Source: Octopus vulgaris (Eukaryota). From it: a DNA stretch of 64,000 bases. The notes under the pieces were generated by a model. That model was not told the origin of the DNA, made no database searches, and worked only from the letters and a program-made list of their open reading frames with translations. The first letter of the stretch is position 1. Each line of letters starts with the position of its first letter. The stretch is from contig OX597828.1 in assembly GCA_951406725.2 (NCBI GenBank), positions 32,054,001 to 32,118,000 on the forward strand, in the 5' to 3' direction. Positions 15,217-27,660 of this stretch are shown here, in pieces. The position numbers and the translations under genes are program-made.

Positions 15217-16557
15217 CACGATTTAGGAATAAAGGCGATTAAATACTGGTTAGAAAAACATAGAGAAGTGATTCCCAGCAGATTCACAGTGCCATTTATA
15301 TTAGACACAGTCAAACTTATTCTAGAAAATAACACATTCTTCTTCAATGGAAAGAATTACATCCAAATTAGAGGCACGGCGATGGGAACGAGGTTTGCTC
15401 CCGTTTACGCCAACTCTGTAATGGGATACTTAGAAGAACAACTCTACCAAGAGGTGGAGGTAAACTATGGCACTGGATTTAGAAAGTATATTGAAAAGGC
15501 ATGGAAGAGATACCTAGACGACTGTTTCATAATCTGGACAGAATCTCTAAATACTCTGGAAGAGTTCAATATCCTCCTGAACAACCTACACCCATCTCTC
15601 AAATTTACAAAGGAGATGAGTAGTACCAAATTACCATTCCTGGATATAATGGTAATTAAAAAAGACACCACCATCACCACAGATATATAATATAAACACA
15701 CAGACACACATCAATACCTAAATTTTAAGTCGTGCCATCCACCACATACAAAACGTAACATCCCATACTGCCTAGCCAGAAGAATTTGTACTATTGTAGA
15801 AGATGCAAATATCAGGAACAAACGCCTAATAGAACTAAGAGAATTTTTGCTCAAACAAAAATACCCATCTCTACTTATAGAAAATGGCATACAGCGGGCT
15901 ATAAAAATACCTATACAACAACTTAGGACAACCCAAGGAAGAGGAAAACAAGAACAAGTCATACCATTCATAGTGACACACAACCCATGTCACCAGAATA
16001 TCTTCAACATTGCCAAAGCAAACCTACCAATCATTGCCCAAAGTAATGAATTAAAAGACATAATCAAGGATCGAGCTATGGTGCTTAGTAAAAGACAGCC
16101 TAAAAACTTGAAAACATTACTAACAAAGGCAAAATTTGACCTCAGCAACAAAGACCAAACATTCACGGTATCTAAATGCAATGATAGCCGATGTGGCACA
16201 TGCCAATTCATACATACCGGTCAATATATAAACACAAAAACCGGGAAAATATTCACAAACGCGAATATGAACTGCAAAAGCAGAAATTTAATTTACTGCA
16301 TCAAATGCCCAAATTGTGAAGGAATATATGTAGGTCAGACGGGAAACGCACTATTAGAACGCTCACGTGTACACCGGCAACAGATTAGAGAACCAGAGGT
16401 CCGTCAGATACCTTTGAGTAACCACCTAGCAACATGTGGTCGGAAAATATATATAATATTTCCATTCTACAAATTACACAGCCCAAGTGAAATCGAGAGG
16501 AAAATCAGAGAAAAGAATTTTATTGATAAATTCGAACCCAAGCTAAATAAGCAATAA
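15217..16557 (+). pseudogene. 5'-truncated Penelope-like RT + GIY-YIG endonuclease (Naiad/Neptune-like), one in-frame TAA at 15688
   Basis: ORFs 14998-15690 and 15847-16557 share a frame: GTAMGTRFAP, WKRYLDDCF, LPFLD, TDI*YKHTDTHQYLNFKSCHP, CxxxRCxxC, NLIYCIKCPNCEGIYVGQT, HRQQI, KEKNF-like REKNF..PKLN. Confidence 0.93.
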
Positions 16558-16874
16558 TAATAATACTTAGAGGTATTACTTCCACTGCTACGACCATGAC
16601 CACTAACAACAACAACAATACTAAAGGTGATCAAGACGAAGATAGCAGGAAAATTATCTTATTTAGGGTTAAAAGTTCTATTGCCACCACCATCACCACT
16701 AGCAACAATAATTAAGGTGCTGACAATGATGATGATGACAATTGAAATATAAAAATATAAAAATCTCTGACAAAGGATATTTACAACATTTCTAAAAATA
16801 ACCCAACAATTGCTGCTTCGGCCAGGGTCAATATACAGGACTCTTGACCTGTCCAACAAAGCGTGATGCCTAAA

Positions 16875-16988
16875 CCAATCAGCTCAACCAACCAATCAGC
16901 TTAAGTAATTGAGTGATACTACACACTGATTGGTCAGAATACAGTTTGCAAAACCTAGCACTCTGGAGCCTACCCAGCTGTATTTATA
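16875..16988 (+). promoter_or_regulatory. Putative pLTR Pol II promoter: CCAAT boxes plus TATA-like element
   Basis: CCAATCAGC at 16875 and 16892, CTGATTGG at 16926, TATTTATA at 16981, about 70 nt upstream of the hammerhead. Confidence 0.45.
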
Positions 16989-17051
16989 GCACAGAATCAC
17001 TCATCTTGCTACAGTCAAAAATTGTGAAGCATGACTGTCAACACTACTACA

Positions 17052-17096
17052 TGAACCCGAAGATTGCAGAATTCAATGCATGAAAGTACTAGTTCA
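17052..17096 (+). ncRNA. Minimal type I hammerhead ribozyme (variant core CCGAAGA)
   Basis: tgaac-CCGAAGA-t.tgca/tgca.t-GAAA-gtac-TA-gttca; stem I tgaac/gttca; palindromic AGTACT stem III. Confidence 0.75.
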
Positions 17097-17323
17097 ATCA
17101 GAATGAATATTTAACATTCTACTATTTCATTTTATTTTATTCAATTATAATATATTATCCTATAATATATCATTATAAGATTGTAAATAAAACGTGAAAA
17201 TCAGACAAGGTTGGAATTCTTTTTATTAATATATTCTTCTATACACAATCACACACACCCATATATATATATATCTATATATATATATATATATATATAT
17301 TTGCATATATATATTTCTGTTTG

Positions 17324-17354
<31 letters not shown>

Positions 17355-17670
17355 ATGTATACACACACATTTATACATATATGAGTTATTGATTCGTCGC
17401 TTATTCCCCCAAAGAAATACCAAGAGATAATAAACATACATTTCTACGACTAAATCTCCAGGATCTCGTCACTCTTGAACGAAAGATATATTGAACATGT
17501 ATTTGGCAGCACAAAGTTTCTAATTTGCTACAATGTATGTTGAGAGCCTATCATGAGAGATGGTATCTGCATTGTCATTGTTATTTGAAAAACCTCAGAC
17601 TTACATTGGCTGTACCAGCGACAATGTGTGTCTTCTTTTACAAACAGATGTATTTGTGTATGTACGTATG

Positions 17671-17718
<48 letters not shown>

Positions 17719-17721
<3 letters not shown>

Positions 17722-18046
17722 ACAAGAACCTGGGATAGCCTGGGCTTCAGAGGTCCACAGCTCTTCAATATCCTCCCGGAGGACCTCAGAGACCTACATG
17801 GGGTGGATGCAGATGTCTTTAAAATAAAACTGGATCTCTTTCTGTCAGGCGTCCCAGATGAACCAACTTCACGGCAAGAGGTGCAGATGAGGCCAGCTGC
17901 ATCTAACTCTCTCGTGCACCAAATGGCAATTGCTAAAAAGCATTCGTGAAGTAAAATCATGTAGCAACACGAAATGGCGGTACCGCAGCATGGCCACAGC
18001 TCGTGAGCTGAAACTAGATAAAATAAAATTAAATTAAAAAAAGAAA

Positions 18047-18050
<4 letters not shown>
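17719..18050 (+). mobile_element. 3' fragment of CR1/L2-like LINE
   Basis: SLGFRGPQLFNILPEDLR..FKIKLDLFLSGVPDEP...SNSL, then stem-loop tail and A-rich end; flanked by (TA)n. Confidence 0.85.
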
Positions 18051-18080
<30 letters not shown>

Positions 18081-18107
<27 letters not shown>

Positions 18108-18828
18108 TATATATATATATGGGTGTGTGTGATTGTGTATAGAAGAATATATTAATAAAAAGAATTCCAACCTTGTCTGATTTTCACGTTTTATTTACAA
18201 TCTTATAATGATATATTATAAGATAATATATTATAATTGAATAAAATAAAATGAAATAGTAGAATGTTAAATATTCATTCTGATTGAACTAGTACTTTCA
18301 TGCATTGAATTCTGCAATCTTCGGGTTCATGTAGTAGTGTTGACAGTCATGCTTCACAATTTTTGACTGTAGCAAGATGAGTGATTCTGTGCTATAAATA
18401 CAGCTGGGTAGGCTCCAGAGTGCTAGGTTTTGCAAACTGTATTCTGACCAATCAGTGTGTAGTATCACTCAATTACTTAAGCTGATTGGTTGGTTGAGCT
18501 GATTGGTTTAGGCATCACGCTTTGTTGGACAGGTCAAGTGTCCTGTATCTTGACCCTGGCCGAAGCAGCAATTGTTGGGTTATTTTTAGAAATGTTGTAA
18601 ATATCCTTTGTCAGAGATTTTTATATTTTTATATTTCAATTGTCATCATCATCATTGTCAGCACCTTAATTATTGTTGCTAGTGGTGATGGTGGTGGCAA
18701 TAGAACTTTTAACCCTAAATAAGATAATTTTCCTGCTATCTTCGTCTTGATCACCTTTAGTATTGTTGTTGTTGTTAGTGGTCATGGTCGTAGCAGTGGA
18801 AGTAATACCTCTAAGTATTATTATTATT
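18081..18828 (-). mobile_element. Inverted copy of PLE pseudo-LTR, with hammerhead at 18285-18329
   Basis: Near-identical reverse complement of 16553-17300. Confidence 0.92.
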
Positions 18829-18850
18829 ATTATTATTATATTATTATTAT

Positions 18851-18903
<53 letters not shown>

Positions 18904-20074
18904 AAGCAAACATACACACGCATGCACACACAAGGGAGCAAGAATGCATAACCACACACTCATAGACGCATACACTTAAGCAAACACTGACACATTCACA
19001 CCCACATGTAGTAGACTAATTGTCAGACCGACTCCACGCAGATCTTGAAGTGAGGTGGTGTGTCATTCATGATGTTCCAAATTCTGAAATTAAAAGATAG
19101 AATCAGGCCTGGATTATATTTCTTTCTTTACTTTTGTATGTATATTTTGGAAAATCCAGTGTTTGTCTCAGGAAAGACAGCATGGTAATTTCACAAAAAG
19201 CACTACACTCCAGGCCTAGAAAAAAGAAGACCACGTACAAAGATTAATTAACAGAGATCGAAAGATACTTACAGCTGCGTAGAGTAACATGCTTCCGTAC
19301 TAAGTACCACTCTGGAAATGTGAGTCATGCTGACCAGACATGAATGTTTCATCATTTTCAAGATGTGTCTATTAATCTATCTGTGAAACTCTGTTTCACC
19401 AACTCCTTCCAAAAGCCTCACGTCCATTTTCCGTTTACGTATTATCTCTTATAGCACATTGTTCTCTCCGATCTACTGGAAATAAATACTTATCTTGGTA
19501 TATTACCTTGCCGTAAGATCAAATGAAAATGCTTGGGAAACCAACTTCCAAACCAAAGAATAATATTTTTATTATGCTCGTTCTTCAAGTAATCATACCC
19601 ACAAAAATAGTCCTGGGCACACAATTTAAACTGTGAGAGTGGCCCCCTGACTATTGTAATATGTCCCTACAAACGTACACTCAGAAGGAATACATGCAAC
19701 TATTGCATTTGTAGACTGTGGTTATATTTCTGACCTTCATTTCTTCTATAATATGCGTGTGAATGTTTCAATTTATGCGCAGGAGGGCTTCCGCACAATT
19801 TCAATTTGGTTTTCAATCTGAGGCTAGAGCTAAAGTAAATGTTCTATATTACACGCAATGTTTATGAACCAATCGTATGTGGTTACGAAGCGAAGTTCCC
19901 GAAGCTCATGGGCAGAAACTGCACCATATAAATAATATTCCTATTATGAACCGAAGGCGAAACATTATGAATCAAGAGAGCGAGTTCACATCTGTGCTAA
20001 CAAACGGTCGACTGAAGTGCGTTAAGAAACTTATAGTAAAGTGTGAAAGTATCGTAAAATCCCATACTACAATA

Positions 20075-21570
20075 TACTTCAGATAACTTAGATAAACTTA
20101 GATATGTTTCGACCAAAGATTGGTCCAGGCCATGTCTAACTTAATATCACCACCTGATAGGATTATCTGAATCCTGTTTAAGTCAAGTTTTATTTATGGT
20201 CCATTCAAGTAGTAAGTTTTTGTTGGGTGAGTTGTATCCAATTATGGATGGCTTATCTGGTATTCCTCGAAGGAATCTATCCACACTCCGTTTAAAGTTG
20301 ATGGGATCCTTTTCCTCTTTGATATCTTTCGGGACAATGTTGAAAAGGGCAGGGCCTGTTGAGGAAAAGAAATTATGTTGCAGTGTACATGTATGCTGTG
20401 AACTCCAACTGAGATCGTCATCAAGAATTACACCCAGGTCTCTGATATTGTTAGAGGCTGTGAGCGGTTCCCTTGAAGGAAGAGAGTATGGCTGTTTTAG
20501 TGAGGAATTTCTTCCAAAATGCATCAGCTCAATTTTTCCCTCGTTCAGTTACATTTTATTTCTGTCTGCCCATTGACTCACAGCATATAGATCAGATTGG
20601 AGTTGAGTTCGGTCTGCTTTTTCATTGATGATTTGCTGGAGCTTAGTTTCATCAGCAAATATTTTCACTTTGCAGTAATGTACGACACTGGAAATGTCGT
20701 TTATGTAAATTATAAAGAGTAGCGGGCCCAAGACAGTCCCCTGGGGGACACCGCTGGTGACTTTTGCTGGCCTTGAGTTGACTCCATCAACTACAACATG
20801 TTGTGTTCTATTCGCCAGGAAATACTTAATCCAGTGTAGAAGTTTTCCACGGATTCCAACATTTGCCAATTTTGAGAGTAGGATATTATGGTCTACCCTG
20901 TCGAACGCTTTACTGAAGATATATGACATCAGAGGTCGAACCTGTTCCCAAGGCTTTGAGTATATCTTCAATGTGGTGTAAGAGCTGTGTTAGACAATCC
21001 CTACCACAGCGAAAGCCATGCTGATTTGCATTTAGGAGTTTGTGGGTCTCCAGGAAGTCAGCTATCATTGATCTTAAGACTTTAATGATGTGGGAGGTGA
21101 GTGAGATTAGGCGATGGTTGACTGCGGGGCATCTGTTTCCCTGTTTGAAAACCGGGATGACTGACTGGGATGAAAACTGTTTCGGTATATAACCTGCGTC
21201 TAACGAATTTTTCCAGAGGTTGGTCAGATGGACTGCAAGTTTGTGTCTACATTCCTTCAGGAGACTAGCGGGGAATCTATCAGGGCCTACAGCAGAATAG
21301 TATTTGACCTAATTTATTGCTGCTATGATGTCATTGGCAGTGAATGTTATGTCTCAGATTTTATGTTGGGAATCAACTTCGTTCGCTTCTCTTATGTCAA
21401 TACCAGTGGGAACACTAAAGACAGAGCAGTATTGTTTCTGCAGTATTTCTGCCATTTCTTTAGCATCGTGTTGGGGAATGCCGTTATCATCAATCAATGG
21501 CCCAATGGGTGAGGCAGTGGTTCTATGATTATTTCCATAAGAATAGAACAATTTTGGGTTTTGTTTGATG
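20075..21570 (-). mobile_element. 5'-truncated, internally deleted CR1/L2-like LINE (RT pseudogene)
   Basis: SAVGPDRFPASLLKEC, FSKAFDRVDH, SGVPQGTVLGPLLF, IFADETK, RDLGVILD, GPALFN..P; 3' stem-loop and (tctaagtt)-like tail repeats. Confidence 0.9.
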
Positions 21571-21733
21571 AGAGAGAGAGAGAGGTAATGGCGTCAAGAA
21601 GACCCAAAGGTGTGAGGTATTGCTGAGTAAAGTGCTATGGACAAACTGTTAAGCTCCAGGTTCGGTGATTATGCGAATGAAGAGTCCAACGTAGGTTATA
21701 TTTCAGCATGTGTAGAAATAAAAAAAAAATAAC

Positions 21734-22240
21734 AGAATGAGATGAAAATCCAAAGTTGTGAATAAATTTCAGAACATTTATAAATAGGTCTTACAGTTTC
21801 CGGTATATTTTATACATCCCTTATTCGAAAACGGTGTGAGAAAATGGTTAAACAATAGTTATTCTATCTAAGATATGAAATAGAGAGTGAAGTGGAGGAA
21901 TTAAAATAGACGTGAAATATGCTGGGATATTGTATCTTCAGCTGCATTATTTAGGCAGAATGGAATACATATAAGGAATCTTATATATATACAGGAATCT
22001 TATATGTATACCATTCTGCCTAAATAATGGACCTAAAGATACCATATCCCTGCATATCTCACGTCTATTTTCATTCCTCCACTTCTCTCTATATCATATC
22101 TTATCTAGAATAACTAGAATAAATGGCTTAACCATTTTCTCAAACCGTTTTCGATGAAGGGATGTATAAGATATATCGGAAACAACTGTAAGACATATTT
22201 ATAAATATTCTGAAATCTTTCCAGCTTTAGGTTTTTATAT

Positions 22241-22246
<6 letters not shown>
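21734..22246. repeat. About 510-bp fold-back element (about 250-bp arms) with decayed hammerhead in the arms
   Basis: Arms pair around about 21986; right arm gttt-TCGATGA-...-GAAA-caactg-TA-agac (22147-22194); followed by (TA)n. Confidence 0.85.
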
Positions 22247-22302
<56 letters not shown>

Positions 22303-22759
22303 TTACATATACACACGCAGACGCACATTTGCACACAGACACACACATTCGTACAGGCATACTTCTAAATTTCTAAAATTCTGTTCGCTTTACACAGATT
22401 TTTATATGAGTGTAATTCGCGAATACATGACATGAATATATATAATATAGGGCATCAGATAAGAGAGGATAATTGGTACCGCTATTATCTTTCTGAACTA
22501 TTTCTTTAAGGATACAGAATGATGAATAATAATCGTATCTTACAACTAATTCCATCATTCATTCATTCTATCTTCATCAGCTCAAAAGAGATTTATCCTA
22601 ATTATCAAACATATTCTCGATTTTACAGCAATTCTCAGGCTTACCTTCTGTTTGTCCTTATTTGCACGTGCTTGCTCTAGCAGCTCTATTACTATTTATG
22701 AGGCAAAGATTCATATTGGAAACATATATAAATATACTCACACACACACACGCATTTGT

Positions 22760-22975
22760 ATTCTTTTATTTGTTTCAGTCATTTGACTGCGGCCATGCTG
22801 GAGCACGGCCTTTAGTCGAACAATTGACTTTCGGACTTATTCTTTCCAAGCCTAGTACTTATTGTATGGGTTTGTTTTGCTGAACCGGTAAGTTACCGGG
22901 ACATAAACACACCAACAATCGGTTGTCGAGCAATGGTGGGTGAACACAGACACACAAACACACAGACACAAACAC
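22760..22975 (-). mobile_element. 3' half of tRNA-derived SINE
   Basis: tgtttcagtcatttgactgcggccatgctggagcac tail shared with other copies. Confidence 0.8.
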
Positions 22976-23039
22976 ATGTGTGAATGAAGTCTGCCGTATA
23001 TATATGTACATATCTCTATCTATATCTATCTCTCTCTAG

Positions 23040-23074
<35 letters not shown>

Positions 23075-23081
23075 ATATATG

Positions 23082-23123
<42 letters not shown>

Positions 23124-23934
23124 GATATATATATATATATATATATTTACATATGTATATAATACATATATACATATATATATACATATATATATATATA
23201 TGGATATTCATATCTCTCCCTCTCTCTCTCTATATATATATATATATACATATATTTGCATACACCATCACATATATTATGCGTGCACGCGCGTGTCTGT
23301 GTATGTGCCTCTGCGTGTGCGTGTGTGTGTGTTTGTACGCCTGTGTGAGTGTGTGTATGTGTGTGTCTGGCTACACATGTAAATATGTCAGCCTACAGAG
23401 ATTGACTGAGAGAAGGAAAAAAAGAATCAGAAAATACCAAATCTAATCTGCCTACACACACTAGAGCTTGCCGGAGCATTGATTCTTTAGCTTATTACTG
23501 TAATAATGATCTGTTCAAATTTCTCAAGCGCACTTCGACATTTTCCTTGCTCAGAGATCACTAAATGTATAATTTGACTGTTGATCGACCTTATGTTCGC
23601 TGACCTAAAACGTTGCTGAATTATTGGATTAGGCCAAGCATCGATGCGTTAACCAGTTTATAAGCAGTACACGGACTTACATTTTCAATCTCAGTTCAAA
23701 TCCTTTATGTTATATATAATCAAAATAGATTTATTTTTCGAACTATGTTCTCTTTAATAATCAAACGTATACAACATGACGCAATATTCGTTCCATTGAT
23801 CATTATTTAAGAACGCTGGCATGCATTTATAGAATGCAGTTTCTCCGGATTTTTTGAATTTTGGTGATCAAATATCACTAAATGGGTATATCAGGACGCC
23901 ATGATAGATCGTTAGCTCCTACACGCATTTTTTT

Positions 23935-24085
23935 CTCAAGTTGTTTCTCTCCTTGTTTTTTTCTGTGTATCTTTCTGTCGAAGAGCGTAGGCTCGAAACG
24001 TAAAAGACCTGAGCGCTATACTAATACATTTGTTTGTTTGTACTCCACCTGCCATCGTCTTTTGTTAATTTTCGTAAACTGTCCA
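23935..24085 (+). mobile_element. Short PLE-type repeat with minimal hammerhead (23970-24007)
   Basis: tcttt-CTGTCGA-a-gagc.gtag.gctc-GAAA-cg-TA-aaaga; second decayed copy at 57340-57495. Confidence 0.65.
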
Positions 24086-24150
24086 GTTATATCAGATATG
24101 ATATACATACGAACATGCACACATACACACAGACAAACATACACATATGC

Positions 24151-24220
<70 letters not shown>

Positions 24221-24236
24221 AGATATAGATACATAG

Positions 24237-24361
<125 letters not shown>

Positions 24362-25119
24362 CACATGCATATATGTCTGAAGCCGAATTGTGCTTCGATA
24401 CGTCGCTACTCCATATCATCTCACCTCGGTTTTCACTTACACCTATTCTTGACGCCGAGAACCTTAGTCCCGTAACTACATTGGGGGAATTAATCAGTTT
24501 CCATTACTGAGCATAACTACCTGTAACACTACCACCCCGCCTACACAAATATATACGAGTCTGTGTAGGAATTTGTTATTCTCTCCAAGCGTATATATTT
24601 CGAAGTCTTTCATGAGTTTCAGTTTATTGGCCGGGACAATATTTCTTTCACCATGAATTGCAGAACTGCAACTTTTGTTAGTAGTCCCTGTTATATATGA
24701 ATGTCTATTTTAACTGATCTTTATACATTACTAGAATATATTCACACTATCTCATTACCGATACTGAAATGTACAAATACGCCATCATATTTTCATATGA
24801 AATCAATATATACCATGTATGAAGTGAAAGGTAAAAATGTTGATTTCAGGACATGCTTTTATGATATCTCGTTTTAATGCTTAGAAAAAGACGCATCTGA
24901 AATATCCTTTAAACTTTTTTTTGCCGTAATTATCAAAAATATCAGTGAGGATGTGTACTTTGTGCAGCATTATATCTACTCATATCTGTTTTGTTGTTCT
25001 ATAATAAACTTATAGCGACCTGCTTCTAACTTAGCCATGATGAATGAGTGATTGTCTGCATCTATGTATGAATATGTGAGTGTGTATGTGTGTATACACA
25101 GGAACACCAACACATACAC

Positions 25120-25184
<65 letters not shown>

Positions 25185-25271
25185 TATATATATACATATA
25201 TATATACATATATATACATATATATATACATGTACATATATGTATAAACATAATATATATGTGTGTATAAA

Positions 25272-25326
<55 letters not shown>

Positions 25327-27344
25327 TGAGAGAGAGAGAGATAGAAAGATAGATAGATGGATAGATCAGAATAACACTAATGAAAAAATTCTTGTGAGCA
25401 CTTGAAATGTTGTTATTCGCATGGCAATTCTGGAATGCTTCGAAGGCGAATGCGGTCAAGCTCTGAATAATACCTTGGCCTGCATTATGCAAACGCTAGT
25501 TCCCTGTAATTCTATTGATTTGCGTCAATCAATGTCTACGCACTTTTCCACTGTAATTTTTATCACGGAATGGACCACTATACAGTAATGCATAGTATGT
25601 GTATAGTGAATACGTGTACTTTAACTGGATAACCGCAAAAATACAGCAATTTGTTGTAATAATATACCTTTTCTGTTCATTTTTTTTTTTTGTATTTCAT
25701 ATGTTTCAATAGGAAATTACAAATTTGTACCCCTCCTCCGACTTCGACTTAACTGCATATAATAATTATAACGTTTATTAACATATGTCTCTTCACTCTC
25801 CACAATTTACAGTATCCCAAAACCTCACAAAAGCTCGTTATAATTCAATACTTTAATTATTATGTAAATTACTAAAAACTCCACTTTACGTTAACGCCAT
25901 TAAATTATATAGTTATTAATTCTAAGCCTATAAGTCACTAAATGCCTACTTTCGATAATAAGTTAATTACTTATTTAACATAAGCAAATGTAGGTCATGT
26001 TGTATTTAAATGTAATGATCTCTAATGCATTCTTAAATAATAAAAATGCATAAATTGTTAAAACTGGTATTTTTATCCGCAAAGCATTCATTTGCCAGGA
26101 CTTCGCATTTTCTCTGAAGGACTCTGGAAGAAATAGTATGCAATCTGATGCTGATAAATACTCTCATTTGTCAGTATAATATATAATGAATAATACCGAA
26201 TAAGCTATAGTAATAAAAATGCACTTTACATACCTGTAATTCTATATACTTTATCAAGAATCATTACTGATATTAGCAATGTACTGGAGCAAGAATTTCC
26301 TGGATATACGCCAACTCAATTATAGAAAAACAGCATTCAAATAATAAGTGGAGTCTCGTATGGTTTGTGTATTAGTTCTCTATATACAAATCTTCCAGTA
26401 GATTTTACTTCTGCGCGTAATATGCACTTAAAAATAACGGAAGAATTATGTCTCAATTAATAAGCCGTAGTCTTTTCAGCAAGTACTCTGTTTATGTTTT
26501 TGATTTTCAGCTGTAATCCTATCATAATTGAGTGGCTGACATTTTTCAAAACTGTGTCTGTCAACATGGCTGATGAAAATCTAGTTACCATAAAACGTTC
26601 AGTTTATAAATATACATTGCACTAATAAATATATTGATGTGAATTAGAAATGGAAATCTGAATATAAATGGAATTAAGCTAAAAGGAAGTCAAGCTCTCA
26701 ATTCAAGCTACGAGTAGCTAAAAAATATATATAGAAGTCACAAAGTAGCCAAGCCATTCATTTTTTTTATAGCATATAGACAGTGAGCTTGACCTCTGTA
26801 GGCACTCTGAGAGATTTTATAAATTGATATGGATGTAGTCCAGCTTGAACATCTGCCGATCTGAGTCTCCACGTATTCGAGACGTAATTTTATTACAGTG
26901 TTGAAGTGGTATGATGTTTACTTGGGCTATGAGATATGAGCTAATGAGGAAGAAGATTAATAAAAAAAAAAAAACGTTAGTTGGATATTACTCGTTGGTT
27001 GGAAGTTTGTTACATCAGCTGGCTGGGGTAGGTGACAATAACTGTTTCAACAGGAATGTTAGCGGCGGTGGAAGAAGACAACACCAAACCGTTTGAAAAT
27101 AACTTTTGAAATTACTTCTAATTCAAACGCAATAAATTTTAAAGTATATATACCTAATGAAATATACAAACAAATAATTAGCAGTTAGTCATATATTATT
27201 TAAGTCACAATGATAGGAATTATAATTGTCTCCGGCAAAACAATGAGCAATCTCGTGCAATAATGAAGAAAGGGCGCCACGTTCTTAATATACTGAACGC
27301 TTAGTAATGACGACGAATTTCCATATTTACAAGCTATAGTATAT

Positions 27345-27660
27345 ACGTGATGGCCCAGTGGTTAGGGCAGCGTACTCGCGGTCGTAGGATTGCGGTTTCG
27401 ATTCCCAGACCGGGCGTTGTGTGTGTTTATTGAGCGAAAACACCAAAAAGCTCCACGAGGCTCCGGCAGGTGGTGGTGGCGACCCCTATTGTATTCTTTC
27501 GCCCCAAATTTCTTTCACTCTTTCTTCCTGTTTCTTGAGTAAAGCTGCGAGCGATGGACTGGCCGCACGTCCAGCTAGGGAGAACACATACGCTATAGAA
27601 ACTGAGAAACCGGGTCCATGAGTGTGGCTAGGCTTGAAAAGGGCGCATAAATAAAATATA
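27345..27660 (+). mobile_element. tRNA-derived SINE
   Basis: A box TGGCCCAGTGG (27351), B box GGTTTCGATTCCC, A-rich tail; head shared with 39974. Confidence 0.85.

Larger units (their letters stand above)
16553..17300 (+). mobile_element. 3' pseudo-LTR of the PLE (left arm of about 748-bp inverted repeat)
   Basis: Reverse complement of 18081-18828; coordinate sum 35381 at both ends (no net indel), about 2 substitutions seen. Confidence 0.92.

Noticed and set aside
15688-15690. In-frame stop as selenocysteine or readthrough
   Set aside because: Codon is TAA at an expected Tyr, not TGA at a Cys
16659-16859. Duplicated 66-aa ORF (also 18522-18722)
   Set aside because: Antisense frame of the pLTR, duplicated only because of the inverted repeat
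20100-20135. gacc/ggtc-GAAAC hairpin as a hammerhead
   Set aside because: No CUGANGA; it is the LINE 3' stem-loop
27351-27415. tRNA genes at SINE heads (also 39140, 39980)
   Set aside because: Imperfect cloverleaves continuing into repeat bodies; SINEs
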